Part shown: positions 10,941 through 24,073 of the stretch, piece by piece
Numbering within the stretch: position 1 is the first letter of the stretch
How the letters are laid out: every line of letters starts with the position of its first letter
Assembly (NCBI GenBank): GCA_040954595.2
Contig: CM082593.2
Location: 7,848,043 to 7,912,042, forward strand
Length of the DNA: 64,000 bases
Direction: 5' to 3'
From: Balanoglossus misakiensis
Lineage: Eukaryota > Animalia > Hemichordata
The notes under the pieces: model-generated
What the model was told of the DNA's origin: nothing
Databases searched by the model: none
Seen by the model: the letters and a program-made list of their open reading frames with translations, nothing else
Position numbers and translations under genes: made by a program

Positions 10941-12098
10941 AGTGGAACGTTGTGATCCGTTTTTGAGCCAATTCTGCGAAATGCGATTAAAAAGTACTAT
11001 GAAAAACGTTGGTTTCATTCACTTTCACTTACGCATAACAGAGCTACAGCCAGCCAAAAAGTGCGCGAACCCGGAAGTGAGTGACGTCAGCAACTTGTGG
11101 TACCGTTGTCCGCTGCCGACGCGTTGGAGCGAGCTTATGCTTATACACGCCTGCACTCACGCGACCGACGACGTTAGCATGGCAACATATTCTCGGGTAG
11201 TAGGCTACAATTTTGAACCAGAGATTCCCTTCTACGACCAAGCGACTGAATTTTACAGAGGACAAAAGTTCATGCAGTTCTGATCTCCGATGTGTCCCGT
11301 TTGTCAAGGCTTACACTTGGTGTGGTTTCAGTGAAACCATAGACCCTAGGGTCTATGGTGAAACAGACAATGCTGTTAACAATACCCTCCCTTGTTGTCT
11401 CTCCCTCGTTGTCACCTTTACGAACCACTTTTCTTACAAAAATACTTTGTCACCTTTTATGGAGTTGAAAAGAACGCAGGTGCATCGTCCTGCTCTCCAG
11501 GTGTAGTACGTCCGTAGTTATTCTATGCATGTTTCGTCTCTTGAAATGTATTAAAACTGCCCTGTTTAGTTGCTTTCATTTGATAACTATGCGATCGTCA
11601 ATAAATGGAAATTAAACCCAAATACGTGTACCAAAAAACGTGCAGAAAGGATTTAAAACGGTACGTTTATTATTATCAGCGGCAGTTAGAACAACTTTGT
11701 ATAGGCCTTACGGTTTGTTCATAAACGTCGACATGCATGGCATCGTGGACATTGCAGGGTCTTTGTCTGCACGCATCGACAAATACAATACACGTAGAGC
11801 ATTGCCTTTGAAAGAAACTTATCCCCGTCGATTTTCCGAATATGTTTTTAAAATCATGAACTTGACATTTCGCCATGTCAGATCGGCGCAAAATGTGTCT
11901 GTTTATTGGAAATGACACGTCGAACGTGTAAGAGCGCTGCGCGTCGACTGCAACGCAAGTTGCTGACGTCACAGTAGTAATTTCAACTCGCGTCTTCTGC
12001 TTGCGCAGGAAGTGAAAGTGAATTAACCCATCGGAACGTTGCCGTTTTTGACACCCGGTTTGAACTTTGAAGCCCAAAATTGAGGGTGTCGTTCCACT
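10941..12098. mobile_element. Non-autonomous Kolobok-like DNA transposon
   Basis: TTAA TSD (10937-10940, 12099-12102); 9-bp TIR AGTGGAACG / CGTTCCACT; AG...CT termini; interrupts the LINE frame exactly; no transposase recognised. Confidence 0.85.
11338..11357. mobile_element. 20-bp palindromic mini-insertion (P-element-like termini) with 7-bp TSD
   Basis: CATAGACCCTAGGGTCTATG is a perfect palindrome, flanked by GTGAAAC at 11331-11337 and 11358-11364. Confidence 0.65.
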
Positions 12099-13474
12099 TT
12101 AACCAATACTTCACACATCTTTTAAAATACATTACACTTAAAGGTAATCTACCACATTCACCAATTGCAGCTAAGTCATTCGTTTTTCTGCTTACATTTA
12201 AAAGAAATTTACAAAACTGATAATGAACTTGTTCGACCTGAGGAGAGTGCTCCCAGCCCCAAATTTCGCTGCCATACAAGAGAATTGGAGTGACGTATAA
12301 GTGTCAAATAGTTTAAAAGAATCGGACAATGACAGTCCACCCAGCCTTCTCAATAAAGTTTTCAATTGAAACAGAGCTTTTCTTCCTTGGGAGGCTTGAT
12401 TTCTCTTAGTTGGGCTCCAACTAAGAGAATACATTATATATATTTGGAAGACGCGTTCAATATCCGGATATACGGTAGTTTTGTTTTTTATTGCGCGAGA
12501 TTCAAAAGTTGTCATTCTGAATGCCATTTGTCTGGTGTAAGTGACTAGTTTTGCACTTGCAGTGTGTGTACGTCCATGGTGTATGCCGCTACCGAATCCC
12601 ATAATCTCCCATAATCGCTGCATGTTGTAGAGCTTCTTAGTAATATTGATGATTTGATCTGATTAATGTGTGACTGCCAACGTCGATCGTCGCGAGGAAA
12701 AAAATAATATCTCGCTTGCTCTCGACTGTGTGAGTTCGAGCGCGTCTATATCTACAGTGCAACAGAATGTAAACAAATGACATCATCCATATCAATCCGC
12801 AAGAGCTGGAGGAATATGGAGGATTGATCATTTCAAAACGACAGATGAATAAGTCATAATATTTACATTCCTAAATATTACAGAATGTGTATTTTATTAA
12901 TTTCTTGTAGATTATCATTCAATAAGGCATATGATAATAATCTTTATGGCCATGATAAGGGTTTTGCGGCACCTCGGCCGTACAGCGATTCGCGCCCTGC
13001 GCTGAGGTACATTGTACCAGAAAGTGAGAGAATTTAGGTAAGAGTAATGTGATGTATTTCTGGAATACAAATATGTCACACATTTAAGGATGTACATGCA
13101 GAACATAAACCAGAAAACTGCGCGCATTTGTCTTTTTCCCATAGGATTACATTGATAATTGCTAGAAAACAAACTTCTACTATTGTTATGTTCAGGAAAT
13201 TTTACATAATCGTGTGCATGGTCACCGTGCTCTGTGTGAGATAAATTGCGTTAAAATTTTCACCCATAGACAAACCATTGGTGAAAAATGCTGACTCAGC
13301 AGTTTTCTTTTATTATCGAATAAATTCATGGCTCTGTATTTCTAAAAGAAGTGCAGTGACCCCTATATTTTATCACAGATTTTCATTATACATACAAAGG
13401 ATAATCCACAAATCAACAATACATTCAATTTTGACGAACATACATCCGTAAGTAACTTGCAGGATTGTACCCAC

Positions 13475-13713
13475 CTTCTATATGGATTACAGGCAGCGAC
13501 AATTTTCAGTGCATTTGTTCCATGTTGCAATGGTTTACCATTCATACGTCTGTCACACATGATTTCTTTGATAAGACCAATGGCTTCTGTGGTGTTTGCT
13601 TCGTCAAAGAACAGAACTGTGTCCACCTTGTGTTTCTTCTTGTTGAACTTGGCCAACTTTTCAGCTTCACTGACCTTCTTGACAATGTCTTTGGCAGTTG
13701 TACCACCATGGAC
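13475..13713 (-). CDS. RNF213: RNF213-like exon w35 (VHGGTT; Walker B LFFDE; AACNPYR)
   Basis: tcaaag| ... |gtgggt; 239 nt, phase 0 to 2. Confidence 0.95.
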
Positions 13714-16700
13714 CTTTGATGGGCAATCAGAGTTGAGCATACATAAAGGTATGTGGAACTCAAACTGTTTATTTCATATGTATCAGATATCTCATGACTA
13801 TATGTGGGTGTACTTCTACTAGTCACATGTACATGTACATGTAGCTGTACAATTTGCTTCATTTTTAGTAGCAATATGGCACCTGCAAGTGTTACTACAT
13901 TTTTACATGTGATTGTGTGCCTTGGAATTCTAATGGACAGTGGCGCTGTGTAACTGACCATTACATAAATCTACAACAAATTGCAATAAGGTGTTTTGTA
14001 CTTCTAGACTTGATAAACATGCATGAAGTGATATCTGCCTGTGAAAAACTGTCGGTCTTCAATGTGTCTGGGGCAAGTGAACTACCGGTAATGAAAAAAA
14101 TATACAAATTTATGTTCATCAACAAAGATGTTTGGTAGTGAAGGCTCGCCAAAATGAATAATCGGTCTCTACCGTTTATTCAATTTGGTGAGATGTTTAC
14201 TCTCATATCCTACAAACAGGATGGAAGTTGTGTGTGGTTGAACGTTGATTTACTATATATCCACATGTAGAATAACATAAACAGTGCCTTGTATCAAACA
14301 TAAGGAAAGGGGGCAGCGAGAGAGAGACTTTGTCCCTTTAAACTCACCTTCATTAGTATCATGTTTTTAGGTCGATCTGCAGCGGCCATACCAGCCTGCA
14401 ACTGACACATAAATCTGACCAGTCTTGTTTTGCCACATCCTGTCTCTCCCATGACAATCACCGGGATACCACACCTGTGCAAAAATAAAATTATTCCTTG
14501 ACATTTCCTTTCTGTGAAATTGTGACATATTTTGTTTCAATGCAAAGATGCCATATCGTTCTTCATGTACAGTTTATAATTCTGTCTCTCCTGATAGTGC
14601 AAGTTAAGTGAAGGTTTTAAAATAATATATCAAAAAAATCGCGTCAAGGACACGGTGGTCCCATTGAGGGATTACACAAGAAAAAGTCTACACCGGAGTA
14701 CATGGCCATATACAGACAGACAGACACACACACACACACATAGAGAGAGATCAATGGGCAAACACTGACTGACCCATAAGCTGCCAATGGCATATTTACT
14801 GTACATATTCTAAATAGAACAGCTGGCCTCTTTAAAACTTAGCCAGTTATGTAATCATTCAGGAATTTGCTGTGTATATCAATCACAGGAGGGGGCTTCC
14901 TGCCTAATTAAAACAACTCAATAAAGTAAATACACACCACTTTGCAAAGCAATCTGACCAGTAGTTCTTGAGTTACTGAGTTTTGACCAAATTCACATTT
15001 TTCCAGCTAATTTGCATATTTTTGGCGATGACAACTTCATTTGAACAAACTCCCATCTACAGCCCAGCCTGCATCAGCACACCAAATATCAAGGTGATAC
15101 ACGCAGCGGTTTTCAAGTTTTTGATGTGGACGGACATACCGGTAGACATACATCCATACAGACGCAACCGATCCCATAAGGTCCATATACCAATGGGACC
15201 TAAAAACACCTAATTTGGAAAGCCCTGCAGGATCACTCAATCCCACTGAGCCCATTGCCACATTCTTATTTGACATTATTTGATATTAATTATTACAAGT
15301 GCACTTTTGCACCAGAGTACACTAGCTCGTCTGTACTGTCAGTCTATTGGCAGAAGACGATGTTCTCATGTACCGGTATAAGTGAGAATGTACTTCTGTC
15401 TGGGAGAGGACTGCAAGACTGGTTATATGCAAGGTACTACCACATTTTCTTGCCATAACTTCCAAACTTCCGAAGATGCAGACAACATGTACCTTTGAAT
15501 TGTGTAAACTCAGGAAAGACCTACCTGAATCTCATGTGTATGGCCAGTATCTTTTTGACATTGTCAGTGGTGAGTTCATAGGTATCATCAGGATCAGGTG
15601 CTGTACGTGCCCACTCAATCCCCATCACCAGGCATAACTGTTCAATCTTGCGTTCTCTGTTGGCCCCAGGAAGCGTGCATGGGCGAAACACAAACATGAT
15701 TAAACTTAGCTGGAATTACTGTTACCTGTTGTAGCACTCATTGAAAGAATCTCAGTGTACTTTTTTGAACCATTCAGATACGGTACATGTCATGATCTGA
15801 TAAAACACTCTCTCACAATCGGCAGTATAGCGAGCAGTGGTTTTGTTGAGGGGGGTACCCAGGTAAATGTTACCCGGGTTCCCCTTGGTATAATGAAGTC
15901 ATATAATATTAGTAGATAGCAGGTTAGTGTTACCAGGGTTCCCAAGTCATTTATTACCAGTGTTCCCAGGCTTTAGCAAAACACTGGCGAGGAAGAACAA
16001 GCACTATATCTGAGCTGGTATATGTCATCATTATGGTATTGGATATATTTTATAAGCACACTTTCAGCCAAAGTTACACTGTCTGTTTTCCAGTATAGGA
16101 ACAATTTCTAAGTTCAGTGGTTAAGCAAATGAATCCAAATTGAATTCAGATGATGTAACTAACACTGTAACAGACATAAAACCATTAAATCGTCAAAAAT
16201 GAACCTCTAGTAGAATTTAACTGGATTTCTATTTGCATGCAAAGTGAAAATTTTCCCTTGCTGGGACAAAAGGAAAGTCTGCAACCAATGGTCCTTCCAT
16301 TTTGAGTATTAAGCACTTTTGGCGACTGAATCCCCATTCACGGGGCACAGAAGAAACTTGAATCACTAGAGCTATGCATGCAGGCTAATAATCAGAACAC
16401 GGAGAACAGCTCTCCATATTCATTTTATAATTTGACAATATTCGTTTACAAAGTCAGTTTTGTTTCAGTAAATGCAAATTGGCACGCAATCTTTAACATG
16501 ATTTATATATCATTGGGTCGAGCCGGGACTGCATCAAGTTCTACTATACATTGGTATCATTGACCTCGCTTTTCCAACTGTTGATTATCATGAAGCCTAA
16601 ATGTGTGCAATCATGGCCAGTCTGAGGGATCTCTATTCTTGTGTCAGATAAAGAAATAAAGAAGTTTCTCACTTTGATAATTAACTGTGATTACCAATGG

Positions 16701-19700
16701 TTTTTGTGCCATTTGATTTTGTCATAACTCATCTCATCGTGGTGTTTCATGCTCTACTGTGTGCAGCGAACTAAACCAGGTCAAATGTGCCTTCAGCTGC
16801 GCTGATATCTGCAGTGTATGCATCGCACTGAATTACACTATTGTCCTATTATGGTGCTGGGCAACATAGTTTCTTGCTGATGTGTATGATTATGGCAAAG
16901 TTTCACCATTAGATAACTAAGACGTACCTCGCTAGGAATAAACCCGATTTCTCAAAAATCTTCATTAGGCCGGAGAAAAAAAAACTTGTTCATCAGATTT
17001 TTTGGACCTAGTTCCAGGAGCGGCGAGCGAATTTTTTTTTTTTTTTTTAGGCTGAAGGTAAATGTGGTTCTCTGGCATATTTGCACAGATGCGGACAGGG
17101 CGAGATAATTGTTTCCCCTTTTTACCAGAAATATCTCACACAAAAACACTGATACATGTACTTGTAACTGAATTCAATACTATATTTCCCAACAATAACA
17201 CAGGCCATTACATTTACAGTTGGTGCTTGCACAACATATTCTGGCCACCAGCGTTGGTACTAAGAATTTTGTAACGCGGAAGTAGAATTTGCCGAGATCC
17301 CCCCCTCCCAAAAAAAAATTTCCAAATCAGCCAAAGTAGAAGCGGCGATTCCGATGAACAATTTATTTTTCCTTCCTGGCCTTATTTCATTATTTCGAAA
17401 GCTTGTGTTCTATTTCATCAATAACTTCATGTTGTACGTGTTTATAACGCCCAATATTTTTTGCTGAATCCTGCTGGACTGATTTTCACAGAGCCAAGAG
17501 TTGGTTTGTTGTCTGTTGTCAGACAAACAGCATTATGAATTGCCGCAAAGTTGAGCGGCCTTATACATTGGTTGAATGTTTTGCTTTGCCCGGTTAAAGG
17601 TTAACATGTAAATAGTGTATTCTATAGTGTGGGTAACTTGAAGCAGAACATGAATGACTCAAACTTCCATAAAAAGTCATTACAATGAAGGGCATAGCCA
17701 ACATGAGGCTAACTCGTTCACATATGCGGGTCTCAGACTTCATTCTGATATAGGCAATATATACATTCGGCATTATGCGTAAATTCTGAAACCAACTCAA
17801 CTGCACTAAAGTTCATTGCATAATTTTTCAGTTTAATGTATGCAACTATTGGCTTTACTTACCTGGGTTGTGAGTCAAAATCTTCTCTTAGATTCACTCG
17901 TTGCATTTCAAGTCCCCTCTTCAGTTGTGGTGTCATCACACGTTTCTCAATGACAACGTTAGTTGTTGGGTTAACTAGATTACCGTTGTTGTCAATGTAG
18001 AAACCAAGGAATGTCATGGACATGTGATCATGGTGGAAGAATATGTAAGGATGGGGGCTACAGGAGGAAAGGAAAAGAAAAATGACCAGTTGCATGGTTG
18101 AAAAAAATGCATGTGTAAAAGCATTAGAAACTACCAGTATACATGAACATGTACCTGGGTCCAACAGATTCATACTTAATTCATTTTTAGGCAGAATTTA
18201 GATGACAGTACACATCAATATATAGTCAAACCTTTGTTAGTGGCCACCTTTATATAGCAGCCACCTCTATATAGTGGCCACTTTATTGCAGTCCCTGTGC
18301 ATTTAACATGTACATTAATTGACCTGTCTATAAAGGCCATCTGTATACAAAGGCCAGTTTAGTAAAGTCCCTTAACTGGCCGCTATAGACAGGTTTTACT
18401 GTATTCCTTTTAAGAAAAGGTTTGAAAACTTTGTTTCAAAAAATTAGTTGTAACATTATATGACTTGTTGGTAACATCTACTGGCAAACCAAACAAATCA
18501 AACAGCAAAATGTCGTCTAGAACCAATATTTTGTCACTAGTGAAACTGATAGCTGCTGATAAGAGAAAGCTCAGTATATAATTAATTGGTTCTGAAAAAA
18601 ACAGTGTGCACTTCATCATCTCACCTGCTTTCCCATCTTCTTCGCAACTGATAAGCAGCGATGTCATCACCATCGTTGGCTGCTTCTTCATCTGTATCTC
18701 CCAGAGGGTGGCGAGTACTTTCATCTGACATGTTCAGTGAAGGAGTTGCGAAGTCCTGATACATGTACAAACAACAGAAGGAGTCAAGTCAGACAGAGAG
18801 TTCAAGGATATAGTGTTCATCTTCAATAAAATATTTTGTCTTAAAAATGTGAAAGTCCCTAATTACTACCACAGGGGGCTGCAAACACGAAAGTTATAAA
18901 TGGCGAAGTACGTTCCGTTCTGCGTTTTTCCAACCTGTCTTATCATTTGCTAATCCAGAATAAAAGCTATCCATTTCCCATTAATCACCTGCTAACGACT
19001 TAATCTGTGTGCCCCATCCAGGGATTAAGTTGATAAAAAGTAAACACCAGTCAGCGAGTACTGGGTATAATGTGGCGTTCTCACTGGCACGTTTACACCG
19101 GTGCTACACCGGTGTAGATTTGACACCGACGGAAAAAACAAGTGAGAACGCTTTACGCCGGTGTTACGCCGGTGTTGATTTGCGACGGCGATGGGTGGTG
19201 GGTGTGTCATCAGAATCTATATAGTTGCTCCAGTCAGCAAGATTAATTGTGCCCCAAATTAAAGCCTTAATAGCTGTCAATTGTTTAATTATTCTCATGA
19301 TTTTACTTTCAAACTTAGAATGGTCTATACAAGTGAGTTGATTGATTGGTACATTGTATACACACTAATACTATCACCCTCTTCTTTGGGGCTGCACATT
19401 TCAATATGAACACGTTAGATAATACACGGGTGCCACACCCATTTATTCAACTGACCATACAATGGTACACAACTATTGTGGTGTATGTGCACATGGGTGA
19501 TAATTCCCGTTTTTTGAACAAGTGTGCCTGCATCACAAACGTCAACGAGTGATTCCTCATATAGTGGCCTTATCCCTCTCAGTATCGTTATTTTGCGGGT
19601 CAGCGGGTCAAGGTGCGGGCCAATTTGCGGGTCGCCCCAAAAACGAATGAGACTTCTGTGCAATTGTTTCTTGGAATAAAATGAACCCAAAATATAATTC

Positions 19701-22700
19701 CAGTTCCTCTTATACCATAATAACTTTTGTGAATACCTCGAAAAATACAACATCTTTCAATATTACAATGGAATCAACCAAGGATGCTGGCTGCGGTGCG
19801 GGTCGTGTATTGCACAACCAGTGACGTCATGCTTTCCCGCCATCCGGTCAAGATGTCCGCCGACATGAGGTACGTACCGAGCGATCGTATTATTTAGAAT
19901 CGTTATTCATATGCAAAGTATAATGATTTGTATTGTAAAAGATTGTCGTGATTGTATCTATGACTCGAGCTGCGTGTCACGCACTCAACCTAACCCCATG
20001 TAATATGTTTTACGCTAGACTTGCTCCAAGTCTATGGGCTTCATTATGCATGTTATGTGTAGGGAACGCGATGCTACCCGAAATCACAAGCTCAGTCCCA
20101 AATTCGAAACTTGCCTCACTACCAAAAACACGCTCAAGGCAGACATGAAAACACCGAAAACACAAAAAGTATTGAGATTTAAAAATCACCAAGCGACTAT
20201 AGTGGGCTAGTCTAGTTTTACGCGTACAAAGCCTAGTTGATTTTTTCACATTTTGATGACATATGAAGAGGATTTGATTTTCATAATGTGTTATCCCTCG
20301 AGGTCTTAAAAGCAGTCTGATATTATTTGTGGGACCATAGTGGAAATAAGTTCTTAACCTTTCTGTGTTATCCCTGCACTTTGGACATTTTTGTTTTTGT
20401 TTTTGTTTGTTGTAGTGTACATTTTAAAGTGAAAAAATACATAAAATCAAATTAACTTGTCAAGCAAGTACTTGCAAAACTTGAATTGAACAATCAGCAG
20501 ATTGTGAAAATTGACAATCTTTGCTTGTTTAGAAAATTTTGGTACTAATAGTGATGTTCTTACCACTTTATTTCAGTGATGTCATTCTGATAGGCTTTAT
20601 GCGACATAATTAACCATGGAAGACATCATATTTTCAAAGAAGATCTCGTGTTAAGTCCCTATTTGACTTCCTGGCCAGAGCTGGATTGTTTCTTAGAAAC
20701 AAAAACTTTATCCCTTGCAAGTGGACAAGCAGAAAAATGGAAATATAAGACACAAAGAGTTATTGAATAAAAATTTACATACATATTTTAAAAAAAACTT
20801 GTGTTTATTTGTGTATGATATGGTGTGTGCTGGTTACAGGATATATTTTTCAACAATCTTAGGACATGATTGTCATATTGAAAGTGTTGACCCGCACTGG
20901 CCCGCAACCAGCACCGGCCCGCAACCCGCAGCCCGCACTGACCCGCACAATAGTTACACTCCTAGGTCTGTCAGATCTGCCAATTTTGATTAAACTTTAA
21001 GTTGTTTTTACAATAAAATGTGGAACTTGTTTGTGTCAAATTGAAGAGATCGATGTAATGCGGTCAGTTGACTCGGGCACAAACACGATTCTGGAGATCG
21101 AGAACCGTGCATCTTTGCAAATCAGTTGGATTTCATCGTTAGTCAGGGCTTCACTAGCAGCGGATTGGTTTCAGATCAGACCATTTTGCTTTAATTGCAC
21201 CAGAAGATTGCAAATACTGTTATCCGACATAGGCCTACATATCAACATAAGCTGTCAAAGTGTTTGGTTCGTATTTGGTACCATATACACTGTTTGATAC
21301 ACAGGGAAACTCTCACATCCTTGTACCAGTGTCAGGACTGGTACGGGAATGTGCATGTGAGCTGAAACAGTCCTGAGGAGCAACTGTAGAGACAGTGTGC
21401 CAGCTATGATGATAATTTCTCTGATACAGCATTGTCAGAAAAATAGCAGGACCATGCACAGCTGCATTTTACAGCCATGTAACACAGATGTGCACACCCC
21501 TGTTACATAGCTGTGAAAAATAGGGCTGTGAAATGATTTCACTCAACAGCCCAGTACCAGTCCTACAACATGTATATTACATCCCTGTACCAGCCATATT
21601 TTTGTGTGAAAAGCTGTACCAGGGACTGTTGTCCATACCTATGTGTAGTGCTAGGTTGTAGGCAACAGTCCAGGTACGTGGATGGCAATGTTATGGTCAT
21701 GGTACACACCCGTGGTACACATCCCTGTACCAGGGCTGTGTAAAAATTACCTGTGGTACAGGGCTGTCAGGTACATAGCTGGTACAGGGATGTGCTCCTT
21801 TAAGCTGTGCTAGGATGTTGGCACATCATAGCACTAGGATGTGCAAATCCTAGTGCTAGGATGTGAAAGGTTCCCTGTGTATATGTGAGATATGACTTGA
21901 ATGTGACCCTGCCCCCCCCCCTCCCCCCCCCCCCAAAGATCGCATATCTGAACAAAAACTACATGTATATATCCCCCTAGGTGCTCGGATAACCGATGTT
22001 CTACTAATCTTTACAGCCCTGATACGGGTTTTGCGGCCCAAGGTCGTACGGCGGAAGCGCCCGACCGCAGGGAGGGCGGGAATCGCCGTACGACCGAGGG
22101 CCGCAAAACCCGTATCAGGGCCGTAAAGGTTTTATCATATGCCTTAATTATTGAACGATAATCTAATAAAATACACATTCTGTAATATTTTGGAATGTAA
22201 ATATTACGTGTTTATCTATCGTTTTGAAATGATCTATCCCGTAGCATAGAGGCGCATTCCTCCAGTTCTTGCGGATTGATATGCACGATGTCATTTGTTT
22301 ACATTCTATTGCACGTGAGATATAGACGCGCTCGAACTCACACAGCCGAGCGCGAGCAAAACATTATTTTTTCTTCGCGACGATCGACGCCTACATTCAC
22401 ACATTAATCAGATCAAATCATCAATTTTACTATTCATATTTCCAAATAAAGCTCTACAACATGCAGCGATTACGGGAGATGATGGGATTCGGTACTTGAT
22501 TCGGTAGCGGCATAGGACATACACACACTGCAAGTGCACTAGTCACTGACACCGCAGCAGAAAAATTTAATTCAGAACGTAGCAACGACAACTTTCGAAT
22601 CTCGCGCAATAAACACAAAACTAGATCCGGATATTGAACGCGTCTTCCAAATATGGTCACCGGGCCGGGGCGTGATAAGCAAAAAAACTGCACGGATGTG

Positions 22701-24042
22701 AGGGCTCTTTTCCCCATAGACTTTACATGGGCACGTGAATATAGGCATATGATAATGTATATCTATATACAATGTAACAATTAACACCACATATCAGTAA
22801 ATCTAATCACAGTAACACATAATTCACAGCTGACCTTTGACATCTGCATCATGAATCCAACCACGAAGTTGAGGAATCCTTTCAGACTGGTACCTCTCAA
22901 ATGATTGTGATTACAGAACACAGAGTGTTTACTAGCTTTGAGTTGCTCATTGAGGAACCACACAAAATGGCTCAGTTCAGCCCAGGATGGTTTATCCATA
23001 CCACAATGTCTGAAAGTAAAATATTCAGAATATTGTACATTTAACAACATAATATCCCATTTCATACAAAGTCAAGAACTAAAACATGAAAGAAATATCA
23101 ACATTTTAATTTCAACGTTTCCACATATTATTTAATCACATATGACACAATAACAATTCTCTTAAATTGTGGGATGAAAGGTCATCTCACATAAATTATC
23201 CTTTTTTAAGATTGCAATGGGCACCCTCTTCGCCAGCTGCTATGGGTTTATAGGACAGCACACTTGATTTAGAATGAAACTGCTATGAACATCGGACCCA
23301 GGGGCTTTTAACTAATTCATGAACCTGTTTGAGGATGGCTATGCCGAATACCACACATCCATAGCAAGACATTGCTTCCATGCTAGTACAGGCAGAGCAT
23401 CTGTCAGTGCTAGCGTGTGCATCCTGTAACCACAGTAACTTGATCAAACACTAAAAATCTGTTCGGTTTGTAGAGGTGTCCAGTTTATAGAGGTTCCTTT
23501 AACATGTGATTCTATTTGAAAGGGACTGGAAAATGTGTTCGGTATAGACAAGTTTCCAGATTAGACAGGGTTCGGTTTTGACAGTTTTTTCTGTATATAC
23601 AGTCAAGTATTTTAACCAAATAAATAATAAAGCTTTGCCACAAAGGAATATGGCCGCTATCTCGGGAAAATGCAAATATTAAGCAATAACCCCCGCCACA
23701 GGCGGGTATACACGAGATTTTGGTACAATTCGAGACATATAGCACGAGCCGTTAGGCGTGTGCTATATGGAGCGTCTGCGAATTGTACCCAAATCAATTT
23801 CCAAAATAAAACATCCGTTTTTTGCAGCATTGGTAAAACAGTATTTTGGCATCGCTGGATTGAGCTCTCGTCCAATCAGAATGGCGGATGGTAGTATGGT
23901 ATAATAAAATAGCGTCAAGGACACTGTGGTCCCATTTGAGGATTACACAGAAATAGGGATACACCAGAACAAAATTGTCTGTACAATCACATATGAGACA
24001 AGCAACTTCTTTCAGTCAGCCCTGGAACAGACAGACAGACAG

Positions 24043-24073
<31 letters not shown>

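Larger units (their letters stand above)
721..12430 (-). pseudogene. Degraded non-LTR retrotransposon (CR1/L2-group-like) ORF2 3' remnant in three pieces: about 12099-12430, 10789-10940, 721-1024
   Basis: Joined peptide ...KLFDT/YVTPILLYGSEIWG...FCKFLLNV...GECGRLPL...KYWLK|ILQMDSSRYPYKCY...FGFSHVW|LNLGV...RFRCSSHALEIEKGR...ERLCKFC; frameshift near 12298; frame restored across both inserts. Confidence 0.88.

Noticed and set aside
11044-12077. ORFs inside the Kolobok-like element as a transposase
   Set aside because: Short, with no THAP or DDE motifs recognised.
19074-19190. GCGTTCTCACT...AGTGAGAACGC inverted repeat with CCGGTG repeats
   Set aside because: Probably a truncated Harbinger-like MITE arm; no second end or TSD found, so not called.
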